This document shows, in pieces, positions 49,095 to 59,199 of a stretch of DNA of 64,000 nt. The DNA comes from Basidiobolus meristosporus CBS 931.73. Its lineage: Eukaryota; Fungi; Basidiobolomycota. Positions within the stretch are counted from its first letter, which is position 1, and each line of letters begins with the position of its first letter. The notes under the pieces are model-generated. The model ran no database searches. It had not been told where the DNA came from and saw only the letters and a program-made list of their open reading frames with translations. Where the stretch lies: contig MCFE01000067.1 in assembly GCA_002104905.1 (NCBI GenBank), forward strand, positions 124,001 to 188,000. Reading direction: 5' to 3'. The position numbers and the translations under genes were made by a program.

Positions 49095-50861
49095 ATGAAA
49101 TCCTTGCTTTCTTTGTTTGTGATTGCACTGGCAGCAACATCCATCGAGGGGGCTCCGAAGTACAGCTATGACCAATGTGGCTCTCGATACGGCACCTGTG
49201 CACCAGGCTTGTGCTGCAGTAAATGGGGCTCCTGCGGTTCCACCTCGGAATACTGCTCTACTGGTTGCCAAACTAAATTCGGCAGCTGTAGTGGTAGTGC
49301 TTCAAAACCAACCACCACAGTCCCAACTCCGCTGAGACAGCTCAATGAACAATGCGGTTCCGGGTTCGGTTCATGCGCATCAGGATTATGCTGCAGTGAA
49401 TGGGGCTGGTGCGGCTACTCCTCCGACCACTGCACTGGAGGCTGCCAAAAACAGTTTGGTACTTGCAGTGCCAGTAGCACAACGGCCGCTACTCTCCCCA
49501 CCACTACGAAGTCCCCCACCCCAACACCATTGAAGCAACTTAATGAGCAATGTGGAGCCAATTTAGGTACTTGTGCACCAGGCTTGTGTTGTAGTGAATG
49601 GGGTTGGTGCGGCTACTCCTCCGACCACTGCACTGGAGGCTGCCAAAAACAATTTGGCACTTGCAGTACTGGCAGCACAATGACCACCACTTCCACTTTC
49701 ATCACGAACTCCCTTTCTCCAACTCCATTGAGGCAGCTAAATGAACAGTGCGGCGCCAGTGATGGTACCTGCGCGCCAGGATTATGTTGCAGTGAATGGG
49801 GATGGTGTGGATACTCATCTGATCATTGTACTGGAGGCTGTCAGAAGCTTTTTGGTACTTGTAGTGAGGGAGCAACCACCATCATCTCCTCAACAACCTC
49901 TGATACAAGCTCTAGCACTATTCAACCCACTTCTACCGCCACCTCCACTACAGCCACCCCGACTCCGACTGGACTAAGATACCTCGATGAACAGTGTGGT
50001 TCCAAATACGGCTCCTGTGCACCTGGTTTGTGCTGTGGCCAAACTGGTTACTGTGGCTACACCTCAGGACACTGCTCTGCAGGCTGCCAAAAGGATTTTG
50101 GAATTTGCGACAATAAAATAGAGGCAGAGGTGATTACCGGATGTAAAGCACCCGGAACTTTCGCAGTTACCTACGATGATGGACCAAGTGTTCTGACTTC
50201 AGGGCTGTTGGATTATCTGGACGAAGTGAAAGTGAAGGCCACCTTCTTTGTTAATGGGAACAACAGAAAGAATGGTGACACTGGAAACCCAATGTTAACC
50301 ATCTACGAGCTCGCTGATGTTGTCCGACGCGCCTACAACTCCGGACATCAAATCTGTTCTCACACCTGGGCTCACACTGACATTATTACCGTGAACGAGG
50401 AAGAGGTCGTCTATGAAATGACCAGACTGAATCACGCCTTCAGTAAAATCCTCGGCAAGGTTCCCACTTGCATGAGACCCCCCTATGGCGATACCGATGG
50501 GCCATCACGCAAGATTCTTTACAAAATGGGCTACACTGTTGTCAGCTGGAATGTGGATCCAGTTGATTGGAATCCGGTGAATTCCATTGATGAGATGTAC
50601 CAAGAGTATATTGATCAGACTGGATCTACCAGCACTAAAGTTGGCAAATTCATCTCCCTGAACCATGATGTGTGGAATACTACTGCTGACTTCAGGCCCG
50701 AGAGCTATCCCAAGACCATTCCACTTGCTAAGCGATCTATCGATTATTTGTTGGAAAGAGGTTGGAAGGTAGTTAACCTTGCCGAGTGCTTGCAAAGCCC
50801 GCCGCTATACCGTGATCCCAACCCTTCGGATAGTAAATGCGGCACAAAAGCCTGTGTTTGA
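49095..50861 (+). CDS. Secreted chitin deacetylase (CE4/NodB) with five hevein-type CBM18 domains
   Basis: Signal peptide; 5x C..GxCxxGxCCSxWGWCG...C..GCQ..FG.C separated by Thr/Ser/Pro linkers; TYDDGP, HTWAH, RPPYG and LNHD catalytic motifs. Confidence 0.92.
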   Translation: MKSLLSLFVIALAATSIEGAPKYSYDQCGSRYGTCAPGLCCSKWGSCGSTSEYCSTGCQTKFGSCSGSASKPTTTVPTPLRQLNEQCGSGFGSCASGLCCSEWGWCGYSSDHCTGGCQKQFGTCSASSTTAATLPTTTKSPTPTPLKQLNEQCGANLGTCAPGLCCSEWGWCGYSSDHCTGGCQKQFGTCSTGSTMTTTSTFITNSLSPTPLRQLNEQCGASDGTCAPGLCCSEWGWCGYSSDHCTGGCQKLFGTCSEGATTIISSTTSDTSSSTIQPTSTATSTTATPTPTGLRYLDEQCGSKYGSCAPGLCCGQTGYCGYTSGHCSAGCQKDFGICDNKIEAEVITGCKAPGTFAVTYDDGPSVLTSGLLDYLDEVKVKATFFVNGNNRKNGDTGNPMLTIYELADVVRRAYNSGHQICSHTWAHTDIITVNEEEVVYEMTRLNHAFSKILGKVPTCMRPPYGDTDGPSRKILYKMGYTVVSWNVDPVDWNPVNSIDEMYQEYIDQTGSTSTKVGKFISLNHDVWNTTADFRPESYPKTIPLAKRSIDYLLERGWKVVNLAECLQSPPLYRDPNPSDSKCGTKACV

Positions 50862-51491
50862 ACGATTGATTTAATGCCCTTCATAGCCGCATGACATATA
50901 TGTCTAATAAAAAGTAAGTCGAGAAACGGTCAATCGAGTCGTACTGGATATGGATCAGTTCAAAGTTTGATGATTAACAATAGCTATCAGCAATCTTAAA
51001 GTCTCCGCTTGGGGACACCAATTTATCATTACGTACAAGTTCCTTATTCAGTATTGGCTTACTGTCCTGTGATCAATGCCTGCTGTATCACTTCGGGGCT
51101 AACCCGATTGATCCGATCTGGATGTGCTGAGATCGATCAAGTCAATACCAACATACTGAATATAGATTCGTTCGAGATTTCTGAAAAGAGCATACCTCAT
51201 ACTTTCCTATACAGTATGAATTCGGAAAATTTAACTGACTATTTTGCCCTTTTCAGCAGAACGCATATAATATGTATAGGTGTAGTAAGAGCCATCTTGC
51301 TGGAACTATGCTACGATATCGCACTGAATTTTCACTGCTACACCACGAAGTGTACAGTGTAAAACACACTCCTTATAAATTCCAGGTGGTAATAATCCAG
51401 TATCTCCGGAGTTTACAGCAGATTACATTCGCAGCTCGTTTATACCTATTTACATTGTGCATTCCAAAATGTATCATCAATTGTGCTATTT

Positions 51492-51651
51492 GTTTCTACC
51501 ACTCTTACTGCTTCTAACCAAACTTAAACTTTATTTGATTGGTTGATTGGTATTTATACCTTATTGTGATTTGTCTTGATATGCTTTTCGTTGGATACTA
51601 AGTTGTCTTTGTACGCGTTGATGCCACTTAACATTGGGTGACTCCTTACTC
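51492..51651. repeat. ~165-bp dispersed repeat, copy 2
   Basis: Aligns by eye to 33549-33715. Confidence 0.75.
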
Positions 51652-51762
51652 TTTAACATTAAGTTGCTACAAGGTTAAGGGGCCATGTAGTAAGAAATAA
51701 CAATTATGGACAGTGGCATATTTGCCCAGGGGGAAGAAGACTTTTATAAAAAGGGTTAGGGG

Positions 51763-51918
51763 TGTAGTAAGAATTTGTAATTCCACCAAAATATTCACCT
51801 AACTTGGTCACTTAGATCATTACCTCCAAATCCTAGAGAATACTGACCAAAATCCTAGTTGCGATTTACTTAGAATATTTACCCAGAGCATGAAAATTAG
51901 ATAAGTTGCTCAAACTGC
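51763..51918 (+). repeat. 5' half of a copia LTR, truncated and capped by TTAGGG
   Basis: Aligns to the first ~155 nt of the reverse complement of 3394-3725, then breaks at CAAACTGC|TTAGGGTTAGGG. Confidence 0.85.
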
Positions 51919-52442
51919 TTAGGGTTAGGGGGGAGACAGTCACCAACATGTGAAATCTTTATTTCAGTTGAAACAAAGAAGCCAGCACTACTGTTGTAGC
52001 TTTGATACAAGAGTGTGTAGCTGAGGGGAATTTGTAGGTAAGTTAATAAGAAGTGATGATAGCTCTTCAGTGCTCAAGACACTGTTCAGTGGGAAGGGGG
52101 GTAGCAAGAGAGGTAAGAATGACTTGTGAATAACATTAATGAGGGGAATGTGATAAGGATTGATATTCATCATAAAGGGAGTGTGCTGCTGCAGATATTG
52201 CTGCCAAAGGTCTGTCAAGTACTTCAGGTAGGCCAGCTTGGGTTTTTCTGACTACAGAATAAATTGAGCAAACTTCTTGACTTCAGGATCTCCAGGTATA
52301 GTTCTCCAGCAGGAGTCAGATGTAGTGTGGTGTGTTCTCTTCCATGCCTTAATCAGTGGGTTGTTGCAGTGGTGAAGTCTGAGATATAATCTGGTTCTAA
52401 GGTAGAGAAGTCTGATCTTATAGGGCATAAACCCAAAAGCAC
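51919..52442 (-). mobile_element. Telomere-junction LINE family A, copy 1 (3' 0.5 kb)
   Basis: Near-identical to the 3' ends of copies at 54806 and 57943; begins with (TTAGGG)2GGG. Confidence 0.85.
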
Positions 52443-54805
52443 TGTTGTGCATCAACATTTAAAACTTAGCCAATTTTACTCCGTTTGAAAATCTAGTACC
52501 CTAACTGATTTTCCCTAACCCAAACATAACAAATCCAGTTACAGTTTATTTTATCCCACCTCAGAATCTATTTTTAGCTATCACACCTGATCTATTTTCA
52601 AATGGTCATTACGTTATCAACCTATCTGCCAAGCCTTCACAGGTGATTAGTCATCTGAGATCTATCCAACCACTGTGCAGTTGCCAAGACATCAGTTGAT
52701 TGATGATGTAATTTTCATTTATCTTATGCACCTATGAACACCCAAATTGATTTCAATCAATCCAGTCCCTTGGCACTTACTAATTCAACTTGATCAGAAA
52801 AGTATAAATAAAGTTTACTGAACCTTTTGGTTTAGTGTGTGTCTCAACAAAGTTAAGATTCTGTCTCAGCAAAAATAAGTAATCCAACAATTCAATTCTA
52901 GTTTCTATCCAAGCCTAGCATATCTAGCACTCCTAAAGAACACCAAGCCTAGCCTGCCTGGCAAACAAATATCATTGTCTTTATAGCCAACCCAGCTATA
53001 TCCAAGACCAATATCAGATCAGAATCTTTCTGCCAATATTTCTGCCACTCTCTGACAATTCTAAGATTCTGCACTTAATTGTCCCTTTGGTTCAGTTAAA
53101 CCATTCAAGAGTTTTATCACACTTTCTCTTGGATACAACATTTTTTTTGTTGAAATCCATTACATTCAGCCTGATTAGAAGATGTCCTCAGCAGCAAGCA
53201 ATCCAAACCTTTCCATGTTGGAAGAAGCCAGAAGAAATCAGGAAGAACTTACTGAACAGCTTGAAAACATCATGCTTGAAAGAAATACCATGATGCTTGA
53301 GCACTCAAAGCTTGCCAAAACAAGATCTGATATTCACCGTAGGATGAACTCCTTGAAGTTATATCCAGTTACCAAGATGAAATTGGAATAATTAAGGAAG
53401 CACTGGAGAATATTGCCATAGTAATTGACAGCATTGAAAATCTGCCAAGCCTTGCTCTGCGTCAGCCACCAAGAAGTCATGCCTGTGAATCCTCCAGATC
53501 TACATCTCCTTCTAGACCTGCCCCGGTGGTTGTCCCAAAATCCTTGCCTGTTTATGCTGAAGGCACCAATGCCATCAAGAATCCAACTGAGCTTCTTTGC
53601 AAGTTTAGTCATATCTTAGCTGCACACCAGCTAGACCCTGACACCAACTGGGCTAGACTTCTGCCTCTCTGTCTCACAATGCAAGATGCTGACTGGGTTG
53701 AAGTGAACATTCCTTCCAATAGTACGTGGAAAATTGCCCAAAACCTCTTTTGCAGCCATTTTGAAGATCCTCTCAAGAAAGCACATCTGAACTGCAACTT
53801 ATAGAAAACTAAAATGCAAAAAGGTGAATCTGTGCAACACTTCTGTGATAGATTCCAAAGACAAATGAGATTAGCTGGAGTTAGTGATGATAATCCATTG
53901 CTTACTGCTCATTTTCTTTCAAACTTTTTACACCAGCTACAGAGCAATATTGCTATTGTCAAAGCATGCAGCCCTGCATGTACCTATGACCAGATCTCAG
54001 AGATATGTACACTGGCAATCATCTTGACTGCAGCTGTTAGCCAGACTTCAGGCAACTCAACCCAAGATCCCACAACAGCCGGAAAAGAGACCAGTCATGT
54101 GACCAAGAAGCAGTCAACCGCTACCAAGCACTGTGAGCTTCATGGAAAATGCTATCATTCTACCAGTGAATGCAAAGGCATCACCAAGCAGTCAAACAAG
54201 TCAGGAAACACCTCAGAAAAGCAGCAAAACACCAAAACTGATAATCCATATGCTGATGACAAGTGCTTTAAATGTGGAAATATGGGACATAGATCACCTG
54301 CCTGTCCTGAGAAGAACTCCACACCATCAGCCAAAATACCCAGATCCTTGATGATCATTCAGCCAATGATACAATGGGGTATGAAGAAGTATATGAAGAA
54401 CTTACAGTTCAAGATTATCACAACCTCTTTGAGTTTCCGGCTAAAATTGCAACTGTTCAACAAAAGAAGCAACCAACCACACAGCTCAAAGCCATAGAAG
54501 TGCCACTCACCCTCAATGGCCAATCATATGTAGCACTACTGGATACTGGATCATCCAACTCTATTGTATCACCCAATGTAGTCAGAGAACTCAATTTGGA
54601 GATAGAAAAACAACAAGGAAAAATCGTTCTTGCAGCTAAGGATCACTCAGCCCCAAGAATTGGCATTACCAACCCAATCAACATACACTGTGGCTCAGTA
54701 ACCATAATCCATCAGATGGAAGTTATTGACATACCAGATGGACCTCAGGTAGTCATTGGTCTGGAAACCTTCACCAAACTTGGCTTTCACATAGGTGGAC
54801 TACCC
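52443..54805 (+). mobile_element. 5' half of a Ty3/gypsy element (putative LTR 52443-52849, gag, protease), truncated by TAGGGTTAGGG
   Basis: TGTTG...CAACA putative LTR; gag fragments 53182-54497 with CFKCGNMGHRSPAC knuckle; protease LLDTGSSNS (54374-54808); in-frame stops; no RT. Confidence 0.8.
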
Positions 54806-56858
54806 TAGGGTTAGGGGGAGACAGTCTCCAACAGGTGAAATCTTTATATCAGTTGAAACAAAGAAGCCAGCGCTACTGTTGTAGCTTTGATACAAGAGTG
54901 TGTAGCTGAGGGGAATTTGTAGGTAAGTTTACAGGAAGTGATGATAGTTCTTCAGTGCTCAAGACACTGTTCAGTGGGAAGGGGGGTAGCAAGAGAGGTA
55001 AGAATGACTTGTGAACAGCATTAATGAGGGGAATGTGATAAGGATTGATATTCATCATAAAGGGAGTGTGCTGCTTCAGATATTGCTGCCAAAGGTCTGT
55101 TAAGTACTTCAGGTAGGCCAGCTTGGGTTTTTCTGACTGCACAATAAATTCAGCAAACTTCTTGACTTCAGGATCTCCAAGTATAGTTCTCCAGCAGGAG
55201 CCAGGTGTTGTGTGGTGTGTTCTCTTCCAGGCCTTAATCAGTGGGTTGTTGCAGTGGTGAAGTCTGAGGTATAATCTGGTTCTAAGGTAGAGAAGTCTGA
55301 TCTTATAGGGCATAAACCCAAAAGCACCAAGAATAGCATGTCTGTAGGGGCATTCAGGCAAATGAGGCACCAAGGAGGTAATGCACCATACTGCAAACTT
55401 GTCAAGCTTAGTGCAGTCTCTAGAAGTAAGAGAGAGAAGTGGTAAGCCAAATTCCAGGACAGGGAAGACAAACTGCTCGAGTAGAAGAAGGCAGCTGGGA
55501 GCTGAAGTTGTAGGAGGAGTAACAGCCAGTAGCTTGTGGAGTGCCTGTCTTGCCAGGATAATTCTCTTCTTCAGGTGTGCTCCAGAGTCTAGTCCAGTAG
55601 GAAGGAAAGGAAAGCCAAGATATGTAGCAGAAACCTGAGCAGGTAGAGTGGAGTTCTCCAAGTTGATGGGAGAGCCCAAAGGTACTGTCTTTGCAATGGA
55701 AAGCTGGAGATTATTCTTCTGCAGATACTGGTGGATGGTCTGGGAGTCTTGTTGCACATTGGAGGAGGATATTCTGATGTCATCAGCAAAGAGAGTAACC
55801 AGGCAGTCAGCTGAGAGTCTTGGGAAATCCCTCAGGAAGATGGCAAACAGTATAGGACCAAGCACAGAGCCTTGAACCACTCCATTAGGAACTGAGAACA
55901 CAGCTGATTGCTCACTCGGGTGCAGAATTCTTGCTTGTGGATCCAGAAACAGAGACCTGACAAGGAGGGTGAGAGAGGTCCTGGAGAAGCATTGCAACTT
56001 GGACCAAAGCAGATTTCTGTCAACTGAATCAAAGGCCTTAGTAATATCAAACAGAACAGAGGGATACTTGCACTGGAGAGAGTGATCTTGGCTAAGTATG
56101 ACTGCATATTCCAAGGAGAGGCCAGAAACAAAGCCAAACTGTGCAGGGTGAAACTTGAGGGAGTCAGAGTAGAGCTCCTGAGCAAGCAGAAGCTCAAACA
56201 CCTTTCTGCAGGTGGGCAGCAGAGATATTTGCCTATAGGAGCTAGGATCCAGGTGCTTTCCTTTACCCTTGTACAGTGGCAGAACATTTGCAAAGGACCA
56301 TTCCTCAGGAGTAGAAAGCTGGGCTGAGCATTGCTGAAACAGTGGAAGCAGAAGTGCAGACATGGCCTTGGTACTAGTCTTCAGAAGCTCACAGGACATT
56401 GTGTCCACACCTGGAGCAGTAGAGTTGGGAAGCCTCTTGAGCACATTATGGATTCTCCCTTGATCAAGTGCAAGTGGGATGGGCAGAGTCTTGAAGTCAG
56501 GATGAAAGCCAGGAGTTGAGTACTGCTTTGTAGAGAAGAAGATGTTAGCCAGCTGTTCTGTTGAAGGTAACTTCCTGGAAGAGGGCCTCATTGCCCTGTA
56601 GAGTCTTGATACTGTTCTTGTTATAGAGTTGGAAGATTGCAGAGGCAAAGAACTCATAATATGATCCCAGAGCTGAGTATGTAGAGTGTGGTGAATTGCC
56701 TTGGAGTGGTGTATGGCTGTCAGGAGGAGTTTCTCTGCTTTTGGGTTAGGGAAACTCAGGTAGCATTGTTGCAGGGCTGAAACAATGGATTCCCATTTTC
56801 TTGAGGTAACAGCAGTAGTCTTGCATGGCAGTGAGAGGGAGGCAGAGACCAGAATCAA
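54806..56858 (-). mobile_element. Telomere-junction LINE family A, copy 2 (2.05 kb, 5'-truncated before the endonuclease)
   Basis: Open RT ORF 54873-56858; 3' UTR about 65 nt ending in CCCCCTAACCCTA; no poly(A). Confidence 0.9.
54873..56858 (-). CDS. Non-LTR reverse transcriptase, family A (661 aa, 5'-truncated, open)
   Basis: APGVD, ANVLPLYKGKG, YRQISLLPTCRKVFE, QFGF, FDITKAFDSV, GVVQGSVLGP, FADD. Confidence 0.92.
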   Translation of the reverse strand: MILVSASLSLPCKTTAVTSRKWESIVSALQQCYLSFPNPKAEKLLLTAIHHSKAIHHTLHTQLWDHIMSSLPLQSSNSITRTVSRLYRAMRPSSRKLPSTEQLANIFFSTKQYSTPGFHPDFKTLPIPLALDQGRIHNVLKRLPNSTAPGVDTMSCELLKTSTKAMSALLLPLFQQCSAQLSTPEEWSFANVLPLYKGKGKHLDPSSYRQISLLPTCRKVFELLLAQELYSDSLKFHPAQFGFVSGLSLEYAVILSQDHSLQCKYPSVLFDITKAFDSVDRNLLWSKLQCFSRTSLTLLVRSLFLDPQARILHPSEQSAVFSVPNGVVQGSVLGPILFAIFLRDFPRLSADCLVTLFADDIRISSSNVQQDSQTIHQYLQKNNLQLSIAKTVPLGSPINLENSTLPAQVSATYLGFPFLPTGLDSGAHLKKRIILARQALHKLLAVTPPTTSAPSCLLLLEQFVFPVLEFGLPLLSLTSRDCTKLDKFAVWCITSLVPHLPECPYRHAILGAFGFMPYKIRLLYLRTRLYLRLHHCNNPLIKAWKRTHHTTPGSCWRTILGDPEVKKFAEFIVQSEKPKLAYLKYLTDLWQQYLKQHTPFMMNINPYHIPLINAVHKSFLPLLLPPFPLNSVLSTEELSSLPVNLPTNSPQLHTLVSKLQQ

Positions 56859-57908
56859 TTAGGGTTAGGGTTAGGGGGGATGATAATCACCACAGGGTGA
56901 AATCTTTATTTAAATCATAAATAAAGAAGCCAAATTTGAATATGAATAGTTGAGATGCAGAAAGCCTACAAGATTAACTTGGACTTTGCTGTATCCCAAA
57001 TATCCTCAATATTGAAGTCTAGAGGAGAATGTAGCAAAACTGCTTGTTCACTGTAGTATTTCTTGAGGAAGTTTGTGACTTGAAGGGAAGGAGAGTTTTT
57101 CAACAAGCTGGTAAACCTTTTGAGGAGTTCTTTTTCCAGAGAGACTGGTACAAAGAGTGGAATGTCCAAATGATGTCTGAATATATGCTCTGAGAGCTCC
57201 CAATCCAGCATATTTTTGACTTCTTCTGTAAAATCTTCAACAATATCTTTGTCAAGAATAACTTCCAAGAGATCCCTGGCAATGTACTGAATGTTAATAA
57301 TCTTGGGCATATGAATACCTAGGTCCTTGAGGTAGTTTCTTTGTTCTGAAATTGGGAGATAGCCAGCATTTCTGAAATAGCAAACAGCCCAATTGGCAGT
57401 GGGAGGAGTATCAGGGCTGACAGGGAATCTTCTTCTAGCTTTAGGGTGCACTGGCTTAGGTGACTGTCTTGTTGAAAGGGCAGCTGGCTTTGGATGAGCT
57501 TGAAGTGCTTGGGAGTATGTCTGAGTATAAATGGCAGGAGTTGCTGGTTGCTGACAGTGGTCAGATTGACTGGAAGAAGAGCTGGTTGAGGGGTTGCAAG
57601 GTAAGGAAGAAGCTGAAAGAGAAGTAGAGAGTGCTGGGTGAAGTTCAGAGAGAGTTTTGAAGAGAACCTGAATCTGAGATTTCAACATTGAGTTTTCAGC
57701 TTCAAGAAGCAAAACTCTTTGTTCAAGATAAGAAGTCTGTAAAGAGTGAAAGTTGGGTAAAGACATGGAAGAATTAGATAATAAGAAGAAAGGAGTAGTT
57801 GGGGTGGGAAGGTGGGAAAATAGTTAAGAAGAAAAGAGAGGAAAGATCTGAAATTGAAAATCTCAGAATTTATAGATGGATGGACAAGGGTAGAGGATAG
57901 ATTAATCC
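56859..57908 (-). mobile_element. Family C: ORF1-only telomere-junction element (~1.05 kb)
   Basis: Single ORF with its own ATG and stop; ~90-nt 3' UTR with the shared double hairpin; (TTAGGG)3GGG at the 3' junction; no RT. Confidence 0.8.
56966..57766 (-). CDS. ORF1/Gag-like protein (266 aa), homologous to family B ORF1
   Basis: Coiled coil LEQRVLLLEAEN; TYSQAL; NWAVCYFRN...ISEQRNYLKDLGI...KIINI...LLEVILD aligns with B ORF1 NWSLLYFAN...ISNIRHTFRSLNI...KIVNL...ILEMIVD. Confidence 0.8.
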   Translation of the reverse strand: MSLPNFHSLQTSYLEQRVLLLEAENSMLKSQIQVLFKTLSELHPALSTSLSASSLPCNPSTSSSSSQSDHCQQPATPAIYTQTYSQALQAHPKPAALSTRQSPKPVHPKARRRFPVSPDTPPTANWAVCYFRNAGYLPISEQRNYLKDLGIHMPKIINIQYIARDLLEVILDKDIVEDFTEEVKNMLDWELSEHIFRHHLDIPLFVPVSLEKELLKRFTSLLKNSPSLQVTNFLKKYYSEQAVLLHSPLDFNIEDIWDTAKSKLIL

Positions 57909-57942
57909 AGGGTTAGGGAAAAATAGTTAAGAAGAAAAGAGA

Positions 57943-59109
57943 GGGGGGAGACAGTCACCAACAGGTGAAATCTTTATTTCAGTTGAAACAAAGAAGCCAG
58001 CGCTACTGTTGTAGCTTTGATACAAGAGTGTGTAGCTGAGGGGAATTTGTAGGTAAGCTAATAAGAAGTGATGATAGTTCTTCAGTGCTCAAGACACTGT
58101 TCAGTGGGAAGGGGGGTAGCAAGAGAGGTAAGAATGACTTGTGAACAACATTAATGAGGGGAATGTGATAAGGATTGATATTCATCATAAAGGGAGTGTG
58201 CTGCTGCAGATATTGCTGCCAAAGGTCTGTCAAGTACTTCAGGTAGGCCAGCTTGGGTTTTTCTGACTGCAGAATAAATTCTGCAAACTTCTTGACTTCA
58301 GGATCTCCAAGTATAGTTCTCCAGCAGGAGCCAGGTTTTGTGTGGTGTGTTCTCTTCCAGGCCTTAATCAGTGGGTTGTTGCAGTGGTGAAGTCTGAGAT
58401 ATAATCTGGTTCTAAGGTAGAGAAGTCTGATCTTATAGGGCATAAACCCAAAAGCACCAAGAATAGCATGTCTGTAGGGGCATTCAGGCAAATGAGGCAC
58501 CAAGGAGGTAATGCACCATACTGCAAACTTGTCAAGCTTAGTGCAGTCTCTAGAAGTAAGAGAGAGAAGTGGTAAGCCAAATTCCAGGACAGGGAAGACA
58601 AACTGCTCGAGTAGAAGAAGGCAGCTGGGAGCTGAAGTTGTAGGAGGAGTAACAGCCAGTAGCTTGTGGAGTGCCTGTCTTGCCAGGATAATTCTCTTCT
58701 TCAGGTGTGCTCCAGAGTCTAGTCCAGTAGGAAGGAAAGGAAAGCCAAGATATGTAGCAGAAACCTGAGCAGGTAGAGTGGAGTTCTCTAAGGTGATGGG
58801 AGAGCCCAAAGGTACTGTCTTTGCAATGGAAAGCTGGAGATTATTCTTCTGCAGATACTGGTGGATGGTCTGGGAGTCTTGTTGCACATTGGAGGAGGAT
58901 ATTCTGATGTCATCAGCAAAGAGAGTAGCCAGGCAGTCAGCTGAGAGTCTTGGGAAATCATTCAGGAAGATGGCAAACAGTATAGGACCAAGCACAGAGC
59001 CTTGAACCACTCCATTAGGAACTGAGAACACTGGTGATTGCTCACTTGGGTGCAGAATTCTTGCTTGTGGATCCAGAAACAGGGACCTGACAAGGAGGGT
59101 GAGAGAGGT
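57943..59109 (-). mobile_element. Telomere-junction LINE family A, copy 3 (1.17 kb, truncated inside RT)
   Basis: Nearly identical to copy 2 up to GAGAGAGGT (59109); ORF 58003-59190 reads through into the next junction. Confidence 0.9.
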
Positions 59110-59199
59110 ACTTAGGGGAGGGAAAGTCACCAAGTTGGTGAAATCTTTATTTGAGTTAGGAACTAATCTAGGTACAAATAAAGAAGCCAATTAAGAGGT

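Noticed and set aside
51671-51762. AAGGGTTAGGGG just before the LTR at 51763 as an additional telomeric junction
   Set aside because: Ambiguous. It abuts the LTR's TG like a polypurine tract, and a similar GGTTAAGGGG..TGTAGTAAGAA occurs 80 bp earlier, so a PPT explains it equally well.
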